Assembly (NCBI RefSeq): GCF_006345805.1
Contig: NC_042998.1
Location: 141,484,001 to 141,548,000 of the forward strand
DNA length: 64,000 nucleotides
Reading direction: 5' to 3'
Source: Octopus sinensis
Taxonomy: Eukaryota
Positions 48,600 to 62,068 of the stretch are shown in pieces. The notes under the pieces are model-generated. The model saw only the letters and a list, made by a program, of their open reading frames with translations, was not told the DNA's origin and searched no databases. Positions within the stretch are counted from its first letter, which is position 1. The number at the start of each line of letters is the position of its first letter. The position numbers were made by a program, and so were the translations under genes.

Positions 48600-50590
48600 T
48601 TGGATTAATTCCATAATTATAAGAAACAAATAAATAGACTGTGCTGTTGCTGCATGTAAGAATTCTGACAGCAAAACTGATTGTACTAGAAACTAATCCA
48701 ATATCTGAGAAATACAAGAATATCAAATACCATACAACATAAAGTCTTACTTCATTAAAACTATCTCCATCTCTTGAGGATGTGTCATAATTAACCAAAA
48801 AGCAATTAAGACCAGATCCACTGGAGAAGGACAAAGAATGTCAAGTATCAAGAATTTCTCCATAATTGATTGCCATTAATGAAAAGGATAGGCTTATTCT
48901 CTGGAGGTATGAAGATAGCTTGAGAATCTTATAATAATTCTGCTTGTCATTGTGTTACTTAGCCCGCTGGTAACACTCTCAGATGACTAGAGAAAAAGAG
49001 GGAGATAGAAAAAGGGAAAGAGAAGAGTCCATGATATGAGAGAGAGGGAATGTAATTGTAATGTTTCCATGTGATTAGTTGAAGGGAAAGAGAAGAGAAA
49101 GAAAAAAGAGAGAGAAAAAGAGGATAAGGCGAAGAGTGAGACAGAAAGAGGGAAGAAGAAAAAGAGGGAGAGACAAGCGTCCATGATATGATGTAGAGGA
49201 AACATAATATTCATTATATGGTTAAAAAAGTTACTTGAAAGTAGAGGAGGAGAGTTAAAAATATAATTTTAGCAGAGGGGTGATGATCTGATGGTGAGGT
49301 TAAAGAAAGGCACAGAGAGAGAGAGGGAGAGAGAGAGAGAGAGGAGGGAGAGGGAAAGAGGGGAGAGAGAGATGATGATGGTGGTGGTGGTAGTGAATAG
49401 TAGTGAATAATTGAAAATATGTTTTTATATCACTTATCACTTAACGCATGTGCATAAGTGCAATTCCATGAAATATTTGCGTTTATTTATGTGGCAGATA
49501 TATGCAATTTAACTAAAGGTTGTATCATATGTATAGGATATTTTTTTTGCTTATGGGAAAAATGGAAAAATAAGAGTGAATATTTATTTTATGAATGCTG
49601 TGTATTAAGTCTATAAAATTGTGTAGAAAGTATATAGAGTGTATATATAAAGTGCATTAAGTAATCATTGTATTTCAAATTCATCTTTTCAATGAATAGC
49701 AGATGAGTGACTATCTTTCCGTAAAGACACAACACAGGCTACACTTTCAGGTTTTTTTTTATAAAGTTTTCAGAAATAAACCAATAGGTCTACCATTAAT
49801 TCTGTGAAATACTCACGGGTCATGCTAGTTGGCATAAATTAAACAAAAACAAGCTAAGACAAATAACTCATAGTGGCCAGAGGCATGTTTATAAACAACA
49901 TAGACAAATATATGAAATACCATACAACATGAATTCCTGATTTATTAAAATTATCTCTACCTCTAAAGGATGAATTATGCTTGCCAAATGACAACTGAAA
50001 CCAGCCCCATATAAAAATTTTTGAGATTATCTCCATTTCTCAAATAGAACTGTTCTTAATTGCCATTTGATAATCATGATACTTCCTCCTAAAGGAGTTG
50101 CATGGTATTTGATATACCTGTATTTATCTATGCTGCTTATATACATGCCACTGGGTACATTGCACAACTTTGATTCCAGGACCAGGCTGTGTGTGTTGTC
50201 ATCTTGAGCAAGACACATTTTTTCAGATTGCTCCAGTTCACTCAGCTGTAGAAATGAGTTGCGACATCACTGGTACCAAGCTGTACTAGCTTTTGGTTTC
50301 CCTTGGATAACATTGGTGGCACAGAGAGGGGAGGCTGGTGTGCATGGGTAACTACTGGTCTTCCATAAACAACCTTGCCTGGGCTTGTGCCTCAGAGGAT
50401 AACTTACTAGGTCATTCAAAACTGAAGGGGGTCTGTTCCATTTATTTATCCATGTTGCTTATATACATGCCACTGGGCACATCGAGTTAATTCTCTTGGC
50501 TCATTTTTGTTTAATTTATGCAAATTTTTAACCACATACGCCCGTGCCTGTATGATGAAATTTAAGGAGAAATTGGTTGCTATTTCTAGA
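48600..50590. repeat. Three diverged copies of one interspersed repeat (~48600-48840 -, ~49750-49995 -, ~50055-50590 +)
   Basis: Shared core atgttg(t/c)atggtattt(g/c)atat and catcct..agag. The last two copies face each other as an inverted pair, and the third is split by a family-4 SINE. Confidence 0.65.
50161..50442 (+). mobile_element. Family-4 SINE flanked by a 40-bp direct repeat
   Basis: tatttatc(t/c)atg(c/t)tgcttatatacatgccactggg(t/c)acat at 50121-50160 and 50443-50482 (3 mismatches). Confidence 0.8.
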
Positions 50591-51312
50591 AAGCTAAGTG
50601 GTTACACAGAGACTTCCTCATTAAGCTCTATAATAATGAATGTGGATTGTACTGGAGTTGGATTTAGTTTCCTGTACCACCACCACCACAACCACCACCA
50701 CTGCTTGTTGCTGACAACAACCCTGTTGGCATGAAGGTCAAATGAACTTTTGCTCTCTTACACTTTACATTGGGCTATATTAATTCCAGCAGCTACTCTT
50801 TGGGCTTATAATGAATGAAACCAATACTTTGATAATGTGAACCAGACATGAAATAAGTTGTCGAATCATTTTAGTTGGGAATTAAAGCTTGTGTGCCATT
50901 TATTTCTTTAAACACTTATCAACAGGTCAATAAATTGGTCCACGACTGATACATTCATGGACCAATTATATTACCATCATCATCAACATCAGCTAACGTC
51001 CGTTTTCCATGCTGGCATGGATAGTATGGTTTGAAAGGATTCAGAGAGCTGTACAGCTGCATCAAGCTCCAGTGTCAGCTTTGGCATGATTTCTATGGAT
51101 GGGTGTCCTTCCTAATGCCAACCACCTCTACAGTACATACTGGGTATTTTTCCTGCCTTATAGATGGTATGTGTATCTGTACACACACACACACATACAT
51201 ATATACACACACACATACATATATACACATACATGTATGTATCAACACTATGATATAAGGTTGTATCATGGTGTTAACTTAAATTGACTTCATTTAAAGA
51301 TGATCACTTTAA

Positions 51313-51654
51313 CCCTTTTGTTACCGAACTTCTGTTGAAATATACTGTTTCTGCTTCAATTAATTTTGAAAACAATGAAAAGTTTTGTAAAATAATTTTG
51401 TCATTATTAAGCCGGTATCTGGGAAATAAATTAACATGAAAGCTTGGTGGAAGGTTTTAATATATGATCACTTTAACCCTTTTGTTACCATATTTCTTTT
51501 GAAATACACTGCTTTTATTTTAGTTAATTTTGCTGTTTAGAACAAAACTTAATGTGAAATTTTAAAGCAAAGGTTAAAATCAGATCATTTTAAGACAGGA
51601 AGTTAGTATCATAGAACCAGATGTAGTTTTGGACAGATTGGAATAGAAAGGGTT
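51313..51654. mobile_element. Two abutting piggyBac-type MITEs, subfamily B
   Basis: ttaaccctttt-gttacc starts at ~51309 and again at ~51473; only the second has the aaagggttaa end. Other copies at ~840-1010, 34350-34556, 37670-37880 and 63114-63334. Confidence 0.75.
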
Positions 51655-52835
51655 AAAATAAAAATGGACTAGACTGGAATACAATAGCTTTGTTATTCTT
51701 TTTTGATTCACAGAAGGTGGTTAGCAGTACAGTCTATTAGTTAGGCCTCATGTATCAATCAATCAATAATTGCAGATATTTTGGCATCTATATGTATTTT
51801 CTTTGAATAAGGTGAAAGATGAAATGATTTTAAAGTGTAGTAATGTTCTATGAGGTTGCAGAAGTATATGAATAACTGTCAGCAACCTTAACCTCTGCTT
51901 TTTGTATGTCTAAACCACCTTCAGAATTTAGTAATTTTGCTTGCAAAATAGTGCGTGCGTGTAGTATGGAACATGCTATCATTAAGGTAGTCTAAAGGTG
52001 ATATTTGTATTTAATTTTTCTTTTTTTTTTATATTTATGATGATTAGTGCACTCAGAGACAATTGCACAGATTAGCATAATCTATGAAGGGATTATTATA
52101 TTAGTTATGTAGTGAGTGAGTTAGTAGCAGAGCCATAAATAGTGGGTCAGTAAGCTTGTAAGGTAGTGGTCAGAGGGCTGGGAGAATAATAAGTATTTTT
52201 GAAGGGAATAAGTGAAATAATATTGTATATTAAATAGTTTAGTCTCTCAATACCTGACATAAAATAACCATCCTGCCCCTGTCAAATATTCCCTTCTACT
52301 TAGTTGGGGCTTTTTCCTTTTTCCTGTTAGGAAGGGCATCCTGCCATAGAAACCTTATATCAAAGCTGACATTGGAGCTTAATGTGGCTCTGTGGCTTGT
52401 CAGATCTTGTCAAACAATTCAACTCATGCCAGCATAGAAAAACGAACATTAAATGACAATGATGATGTCGTAGCTAGTACAATAGTCTGTTGTGGGATTA
52501 CAGTTAAGGGATTAGTGATAGTTTAATCAATTAAAGTGTATTAATAGAATAGTAGCAGATTAATGAGGTAGAGATTTAAGAAAGTGTAGTAGGTATATAT
52601 GATAGCTGTTGCTTGATATCTTCAGAGAAACTTAGAGAGTGAACGGAAACTGGTGAGAGTGAAATGAAGAGAATATTGATGATGAAATGGAGGTGAACAA
52701 TTTAGTTGAAGGAAAAGATGAACAGTGAACATGAAATAAACTGAAAGGAAGAATAAATTGGTAGGAAATATATAAAACCAAAGGTGAAAACTGATTAATT
52801 GGGATAAAAATATTGATTAATGAGAAAATGGAATA

Positions 52836-53842
52836 AGAAGATTGATACTAAAATTGAGTTTATCTATAGCTACAAGAATGATGGACACCTCAACCAAGAA
52901 TGGCAAATGGTAGCAGTGGGGGTGGTAGGAATTATAAGGGTCCCAGTAATAGTTGTTGGAGCTGAAGATTACTGCAGAAAGTTAAATACATTTCTAGTCA
53001 GTTTTAGCTTTGAATCATTTTTTCTTCCATTAATCTGCATTTTTGGTAATAGGAATTTCTGAGTTTGTATTTGTATTGCAAATGACTTGATCAAAGTCCA
53101 TCTTGTGATAGTTGTAAATGAGTGTCACCATCATACAAGCAGTGTCATTTATTTTCAAACTTCCATGAAAGTATGTCTGGTCATTGGAAAATATAACTGT
53201 GCTTGGAAACAGGAAAGGCATCCAGCCGGAGAAAATCTACTTCAGTGAGTTTCATTTAACCCATACAAGCATGCAAAAGTGGATATTAAATCAAAGACGA
53301 TGATGATCATTTGTATAAGTAAATAAATACGTATTTATTTATACAAATAAACATATATTTACTTACATAAAGGATCTTGCCCCCCAACCATATGCTTCTG
53401 GGCTCAGTCCTACTGTGTGGCACCTTGAGCAAGTGTCTTCCACTATAGCCTTGAACTGACCAAAGCCTTGTGAGTGGATTTGGTAGACAGAAACTGACAG
53501 AAGCCCTGTTGTGTGTGTGTGTTTGTCCCCCACCACTACTTGACAACCAGTATTGGTGTGTACAGCCCTGTAACTTAGCAGTTGAGAAAAAGTGATCAAT
53601 ATAATAAATAGCAGGCTTTACAAAAAATAAGCACCAGGGCCAATTCATTCAATTAAAATTTTCCAAGGCAGTGCCCCAGCATGGCCATACTTTACTGACT
53701 GAAACAAGTAAAAGATAAAAATCTCTTGAACCCAGTGCACATGCACTGTATTTTAGGTACAGAGTATATGCATAGAATTTTGAACTCATATGTTGCACAT
53801 GTATCAAAATAGAAGCCCTTTGGCATGCACAGGAACTTCAAA

Positions 53843-53895
<53 letters not shown>

Positions 53896-55470
53896 ATATA
53901 TATATATATATGCAAAAGTTTGAAGTCAATAAGTATATGTGGATGAGGGGACAAAATTTTTGTTGCATATCTGCAACTAAGTTCCTAACATTCTTCCACT
54001 GAACTGCAGCGGAACTGTGTCTGTGATGAGGCTGAAGTTGTGCAACGAAAATTTTCATACATCATTACCATCATCATCGTTTTAACATCCACTTTTGCCA
54101 TGCTTGCATAAGTCAGATGGAATTTGTGAAAGCAGATTTTCTTATGATGACAGGATGCCCTTCCTATAGCTAACCTTTACCTGTTTCCAAGTAAGGTTAA
54201 ATATCCCCGTGACCAAACATGTTTACATAGAAGATTGGAAACAAAGAGCACTGCTTTTATAACAGTAACGTTTACAAGTAACATATAATGTCAAGGATAC
54301 AGTAACACACACACACACATACCTGATGGGCTTCTTTAGTTTCTGTCCACAACAAATCCATTCACAAGGCTTTTGTCAGCCTGAGGTTATAGTAGAAGAC
54401 ACTTACCCAAGGAGCCCCCCACCCCCACCCCCCAGTGGGACTGAACCTGAAACCATGTTTGGGAAGCAAACCTCTTACCACCCAGCCATGCCCATGCCAC
54501 TACATGAAATGAATTTGAAATTAAAGTGAATTTAAACAGTTTTATCTATTTATTTATTAGAATGGCTTACTGCTGCCATTATCATTAATGTCTGTTTTCC
54601 ATACAGGCATGGATCGGACAGTTTGACAGGGTCCAATGACTTACATAGTGGTGTCATCCCTCAATGTCAGCTTTAGTATAGTCTCTACAACTGGATGCCC
54701 TTTCTAATGCCAAACACTTTACAATGTGTACAGGAAACATTTCTATAACCAGCACTAGTGGGGTTGCCAAGTAACTTACAAGACAAAATAATGAAAGGAA
54801 ATGGCGAAAGCAATCTTGATTGAGTGGGAGTGGGTTTCCATGATGTCATTAGAAAAATTTTAAAAAAAAGAGAAAATCATTGAGATAGTCAGCAGTGAAC
54901 AACAATTTGTGGTAGGAAATAAACTAAAGTATGGTAAACACTATTGTTATTTAGTGTTCACTTTTTTCAATAATAACTTGTAGGAAAGTTATGTGAACAC
55001 AAGCAAGCAAGTGAAAATATGGAAGAGAGCCAGTAGTTTATAAAATAGCCATCTCTAGACACTGAATCATCATAGTTCAAGAAAAGTAAATAAATAAAAC
55101 AAACAAGCAAATAAACAAATAAAATAAAACACTAAAGAAAAAGGAAAGAAAAAAGGAAGTGTGAACAAGCATTTTTGACATGTTACACCTGTAAAACTAC
55201 TTTAGTTGGACTAAATCCATTTGAGTAGGCAAAGAATTTTGTTCTCCTCTATCTTAACTTGCCTTTGAAAATATCTTCATTGTTGTCTGGGATGAGAAGA
55301 TTGATAATACAATCAGAGTTTATCTATGACTTCAAGAATGATGGACACTTCAACCAAGAATGGCAATTGGTGGCAGAGGAGGTGGTAGGGATTATAAGAG
55401 TCCCAGTAATAGTTGGTGGAGCTGAAGATTACTACAGAAAGTCAAATACATTGCAAGTCAGTTTTAGTTT
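52836..55470. repeat. Diverged ~185-bp direct repeat pair (~52836-53015 and ~55287-55470)
   Basis: gagtttatctat...caagaatgatggacac.tcaaccaagaatggcaa...gtcccagtaatagttg.tggagctgaagattact.cagaaag; about 16 substitutions over the 156 aligned core bases and no indels there. Confidence 0.85.
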
Positions 55471-55665
55471 TGTAACATATTTTTTCTTCCATTAATCTGT
55501 TTTTTTTTTAGTTTTTAGTTTTTCTTTAGCTCTTTAAATGGTAATTTCAAAATACCAAGGTGCTTGTATTTTTTATTATACTTCTTTTTTTTACAGTAAT
55601 ACTGTATATTGCCAGTGGAGTTAACGATTGAAACTAATGAGTAAAAGATTAAGAAAAGATAGAGT

Positions 55666-55727
<62 letters not shown>

Positions 55728-56425
55728 CATAAAAATTCTTCACCTAGTTCTTTGGCAATTTTTTGAATGGCTATATATATATCATCAGCATTTAACATAC
55801 ATATTATGTGCTGGCATAAGTTGGATGTTTTGATAGGATCTGATTGGCCCAAGGACTGCATTGTGCTTCAGTGTCTGCTTTGGCATGATTTCTATGGTTA
55901 GATGCCACTTAACCACATGTACTAGGTGCTTTTATTGTGCCACCAGCACCAGTGAGGTTGCCATGTAGCTTGCAAGATTCTGGACCCTGAATGAGAGATG
56001 GGGGAACTTGATGGTAACAGAAAAAGAAGTAAAGAGGAGTAAAAGTATGAGAGAAAGGGTAAGAGCAGAACAGGTTTTTAGCTGTAGAGGAACAATATAA
56101 CTGTGCAGGATGGATGAATGATTAAGAAGTTAATTTTGAAACAAGGTCTCACGGTTCAATCTCACACCATGGCATTTTTATGTATTTCGCATTCCCCTGT
56201 TAAAAATGATTTTAGGTCTCTCAAAGTTTCTAATGTAAACAACAAAGAATTCTTATTGGTGGGAACAAAAACAACTAAAGTAGGAGAAATTTGAAGGATT
56301 GCTTTAGTAGAATAGCAGAATATCTGCCATGTTTACAGAAGAGGGTAACCTTTGACTTTTCTATCCAAGGATTTTTTTAAATCCGAATTTATGTCTTTAT
56401 CTACTTCAAATTCCACCATTAAAAT

Positions 56426-56460
<35 letters not shown>

Positions 56461-56629
56461 TGCACGTATGTATGATGTATGCAGTTTCTTAATGCCAGTA
56501 TTAAAATTTACTTGATCTTATATGATGTTAAGGACTCAAATTTGATCAGTGCTGATGTTATACATACCTCTCCACACAAAAATTGATGATTGCTAGGGCT
56601 TTTAGAGATAGATAGATAGATAGATAGAT

Positions 56630-56677
<48 letters not shown>

Positions 56678-57185
56678 TGTGTTTGTGTTTTACAGAGAAA
56701 GAGAGATATTAATTGTTTGGGAGATTAAAAGATTTGTTGTGAAAGAGAAAATGCAGTAAAATTCAGATTCAATAAACAGAAATTCTATAATCAAATATAT
56801 TTAAACTGAATTATCCAATTATACAGTCAAGATCAAGAAGTAAGCGAGTGGATCCAGAAGTCACAGCCTAGTTACAGATGAAATAAGACTAGCAGTTCAT
56901 AGGGTTTATGCAGAATTTTGCACATATGCAGGAATGTGTATGCGCACACGCACACACACACATGTACACAGACTTACTCTGCAGATGTTCTTTTAAGTGC
57001 AGAATGCATTTAGATTGTATTATAAATACTTATGCTTAAATAGTACAAATTTCATTAATAGATGTGTGTGTGTGTGTGTGTGTTTTGTACTTATAAGAAC
57101 TCTGCAGATGTTCCAAGTATAGAATGCATTTTAGATTGCATTATACATGCGTACGCTGAAATTGTGCAAATTTCAAATATATATA

Positions 57186-58040
57186 TAAGGGCTGGACAAA
57201 ATAATGGAAATATCTAGCATCATAGCATCATAATTTTGAAATATCTATACAACTGTCAAAAGCTTGTTTATTTTTATGTTTTTATTTATTTATTATTAGT
57301 GTTACTTAATATGTTTTACTAAAATTGCTGTTTCTTTTCAGATTTCATCAGAAAAAGGTAATTAAAATTCATTAAGATGACAGATCTATTGGACTTTCAA
57401 AGAAGTCAAATTGTTGGTGCTTGTATGGCAGGTGCTAGCATAACAAAAACAGCCGAAATGTTTGGTGTATCATGAAGTACTGTCTTGAAAGTAATGACAG
57501 CCTTTGAGAAAGAGGGAAAAACCTCCTCATTGAAACAAAACTCCAGAAGAAAACCAAAATTTTCAGATAGGGACCATTGGACTCTTACATGAATTGTTAG
57601 AAAGGATCACAAAAGTACAGCTCCTAAGATTACTGCAGAGCTTAATGAACACCTTGAGAATCTAGTTTCCACAAAAGCTGTTTGCTAGGAGCTGCAAAAA
57701 GCTGGATTTCACAGGAGGGCTGCAATCAGAAAACCACTACTTTCAAAAACAAATGTTGCAAAGTGTTTAAGGTGGAGTAAAAACCTACAGAATTGGTCCC
57801 TAGAGCAGTGGAAGAATGTTATTTTCTTGGATTCCGACCACCGGCTGAGTATACGTGTGGAGACAGCCAAAAGAAGCATTTCACCCAGACTGTCTTCTTC
57901 CAACTTTTAAACATGGAGGAGGATCTGTGATGATCTGGGAGGTTATATCTTGGAAATTCACCAGCCTAATGGTTTCCCTTCATGGCAGAATTAATAGTCA
58001 AGACTATTTGAACATTTTATCTGATCAAATTCATCCTATG
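57186..58040 (+). mobile_element. Tc1-family transposon remnant, transposase pseudogene, 3'-truncated
   Basis: From ATG at 57377: MTDLLDFQRSQIVGACMAGASITKTAEMFGVS*STVLKVMTAFEKEG..AAIRKPLLSK..WSLEQWKNVIFLD, a short deletion, then VWRQPKEAFHPDCLLPTFKHGGGSVMIWEVIS..GRINSQDYLNILSDQIHPM; three in-frame stops. TIR-like start agggctggacaaaataatggaaa. Confidence 0.92.
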
Positions 58041-59281
58041 AACTATGAAGTGCATAGAGATGGTTCATTTACTGCTGTTTTTTTTTAATCAACAACCCCC
58101 ATGGTAAATGGGGATGGCTATAGTGTGGTCTTTTATATACCAAACCACAAATATAGACTGAGCAAGAATTTATCTCCAAAAGCAACAAGTTTTCCAAAGA
58201 CTTATTTACATCAATAAAAAAAAAGAAAAAGAAATAAATGACCCAAGGAAGTAAATCTAAAATTTTCCAAGATATTTGCTAAGTAAACAGATATAAAGTG
58301 ATTTAAATGAAATAATTTGAATATTTGATCGATTGAAATAACATAATATTGATTAAAGATTTCTTTCCATTTCTTTTTGTCATTCTTTTATGTTTTTATA
58401 TATTCATTATTTTTGTTAAATATTATTTATTTATATATTTTTTATTTTGTTACATATTTTGTTATATATTCTTTTATATTTTTGCTTGTTTGTGTCACTC
58501 TTACTGAAGATTATTTCTTAACATACAAAAAAAAAACACACCCACAAAAAAAATTACCTTGTACAAAACAAAATAAACCAAAATAAGTAAACATTGACAC
58601 CAGTCAGCAACAAGATCTGAACAGTTTTAATGAACCACATGGTGATGTCAACAGAAATCTAAAGAAATTGCATTGATGAACTTAAAGCAGCAAAAACTGG
58701 AATAGGAATATAGACAGCAGGCATGGCTGTGTGGTTAAGAGGTTTGCTTTGCAATCATGTGGTTTAGGGTCCAGTCCCACTGTGCAGTGCCTTAGGTAAG
58801 TGTCTTCTGCTATAAATTCTGTCTGATAAATGTGTTGTGAGTGAACTTGCCAGATGGAAACTGTGTAGAAGCTTGTGTGTATGTATAAATATATATATGT
58901 GTGTGTATCTCTGCATCTGTGTATGTCACCTCTACCACTACTTGACACCTGGCCTTGGTTTGTTTATGTCTCAGTAACATAGTGGTTTGGTAAAGGAGAC
59001 TGATATAATAATTGCAAGCCTTAAAAATAACTACTGGAAGCAATTTGTGCAAATTAAAACCTTTCAAGGTAAAACAGTCAAGTTGTATATTGGTGTGTGT
59101 GTGTATGTGAATGATGAAGTAATGACTAATGCTTTGAGCATGGAGTGAAGAGACCTTTAAAGAAAAGCCTGTGGAATGTTAAACATTCAGATCCCTAAAC
59201 ATTTATTCTGTAGGTTCACTTCAATTAAAAGGAACTGGGAAAAACTTGAGGTGAGGACAAAGACTTATTATTTAATGTATA

Positions 59282-59319
<38 letters not shown>

Positions 59320-59574
59320 GCCTGGCAGCTAAGTAAAGTAAACATCAATGATGATACTATACTCTATGAAAAAGTCAAAAATGTATTAGATTTTACTAGA
59401 AACTGAAATCTGCACAATGCTAGCCTTTGTAAAATAACAATGGTTCATTATGATTATGTAAGATCATGAAGAAAGAAGAGCTTACACTGTACTTGATGGC
59501 ATATAAGATGTACTTTCTCAATATATCAACCTGGGTCTTGTATGCGAAGTTGGTCCTATTACTACATGCTTTAA

Positions 59575-59790
59575 CCCTTTGGCATTTAAACTGACCAAAT
59601 TCAGCCCAAATATTCTACCTGTTTGATGTTCAAAAAGGTCAGATCCTGCCTTTCACATCTACCCTACAATGCCATACTAAAAACAATCACATCATCGACA
59701 TCTTGAGGCTACAAGATAACGCATGATTAATTCAAAACAACTCGAGTATGTAACAATTACATTTGACAGAGTAATTTGAATGCTAAAGGG
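59575..59790. mobile_element. piggyBac-type MITE, subfamily A
   Basis: TTAA|CCCTTTGGCATT...AATGCTAAAGGG|TTAA. A further degenerate copy lies at ~62670-62895. Confidence 0.88.
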
Positions 59791-62014
59791 TTAATGTGCT
59801 AAACACATATTTTTCCTGAACATGTGGTGCTGAAATTGGAGTGGGTCTAATATGCCCATGTGTCCCTCAAAATCAGCATGCTGCACTGGTTCTGTTCTTA
59901 AGCAAAACCCTTAATTTTACATTGCTTCAGCACACCCAACTCTAAATAAGTTTCCTGCTACAAATCTGTATCCTGTTCAGAAGGGCATGATGAAATCTCC
60001 ATAATCTATATGCCATGGAAACTGGGTTAAACTGAGTTCTAGAGTTCACAACAGATCTAAGTCCTAAGTTAATCAATAAATTAATGGATCAATGTCCAAT
60101 GAACATAATGGTCAGGAATCTTCAGACTCTTATTTACTGATTAATATTATAAAAGTAGTGCAAGGGACTTAAGTGACTGCATAAGTAATATGTAATAATA
60201 GGGATTACAATTTAAGGTGGGTGTTTTTGTTGAGTATGATATAAGCATGTAACAAAAATGAAAGGAGAGATAGATCAACTTACTGAGGCAAGCAACACAG
60301 ATTTCCTTGGAGAGCTAGGAGCTCTCTCTCTCTCTCTCTCTCTCTGTTAGGTTGAATTTGCCACTTTAATCATCATTCTAGAATCTTTAGCTAAGAAAAC
60401 TTGTATACTTCTTTTGAAGCTTGAACCTTCCATCACAATTAGTCAGCAATGCTGATTGGTTCAACCATATTCATGTGGACATACTTGGGTACTTGAAACA
60501 GCTTCAGACATAATTTTTTCTGGCATGCAAATTGAATTTTTCAGACCAGAAGTTACAGCTAAAAAAAGGCAGGTCGACTTATACATCAAGACAAATTTGG
60601 AAGACCAAAAATTCCATGTGAAATGCAGCAGAATTTGGAAAGATAGTGATGATGCTTGAATGTTCACACAACTACATGTTTACACTATATACAATGTCAT
60701 CTTGTATGCCAGAAAATACAGTAATATAATATATAACGTAGCAGTGACAAGCTGATATTTTAAGGTGGGAGAGCCTAGGAAAATAGAATTTATATAAAGC
60801 TGTGGAAATTACATGGAAAGGAATGTATTAATAAGCAGGGAAATATGATGTAAAGACCATGGAAAGAAAACATTTACACTGTTATTATGATATCCGTGAA
60901 AGAAAGTGGGAAATGTTCAAATGTAAATATTTAAAATTTCTAGCTGTTCTGATGTAAAGGAATTGATATGATAGTGTTTCTAGAACAGGGCAATAACAAC
61001 AACAATGACAAAGAAAATGACTAATAGTGAAGAAGAAACAACATCAATGAAGAGCAATGTCGAAGAAAATGGCAATGATGAAACAGATAAAAAAACATCG
61101 TAATCATTCATCATTATCATTTTAATGTCCACTTTTCCATGCTTATATGGGCTGGACGGAATTTATTGAGGTAGATTTTTTCTTACATCTAGATGTCTTT
61201 TCTGTCACCAACCCTACCCCCATTTCCAAGTAAGGTAATGTTTCCCCTTGACCAGACATGTTGTCAATGAAGATTAGAAATGAAGGATACTACTTATATG
61301 ACAGTGACACTTGTTTACAACTACCACATGATGTCAAGTCAAAAACGCAAATACACACACATACATACATGTATGTATACACGACAAGCTTCCACATAGT
61401 TCCCATGTGCCAAATCTACTGTTAAGGCTTTGTTTGACTTACAGTAGAGGACACCTGTTCAAAGTACTATACAGTAGGACTGAATCTGAAACCATGTGGC
61501 TGGGAAGTAAACTTCTTAATAATGCAGCCACACCTGTGTCCATACAATTAAATGCAGCGTGTGTGAGTGTGTATATGCATGTGTAAGGGAAAGAGATAGA
61601 TCAATCTACAGACCTCGAAACACTGGATACAGTATTTTTACCCCATGTAAACATCAGTATCAATATGTTTCTACAATGAATTAATCATAAAGTAATTAAC
61701 AATTGATGACCTATAATCAATCATATTTTGCCCCAGTAACTCCTCACATCTAATGTTTAACTTGGTGCCAATCCATTTACAGTTTTCATTGCTTATTGGT
61801 TGTACACCCAGAGTTGAAACATCTCAATGTGTGAGCTGATGCTGGTTGCTATAAATATATACTCTTTGTCATTAAACTTTAGTGTGGTATTAGGGTTGTT
61901 ATAGAGTATTTGATGAATAACAATGTTTTGTGAGCTCTGTGTTACATTCATAATGACCACATTAATATTGGCATTAGTTCTTATATATTTTTATTTACCT
62001 AAAACATTGCCTTT

Positions 62015-62068
<54 letters not shown>

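Noticed and set aside
48556-50036. Two similar minus-strand peptides (D.FN....VVWY.I.L) suggesting paralogous exons
   Set aside because: A third inverted copy, an indel and stops indicate an interspersed repeat rather than exons.
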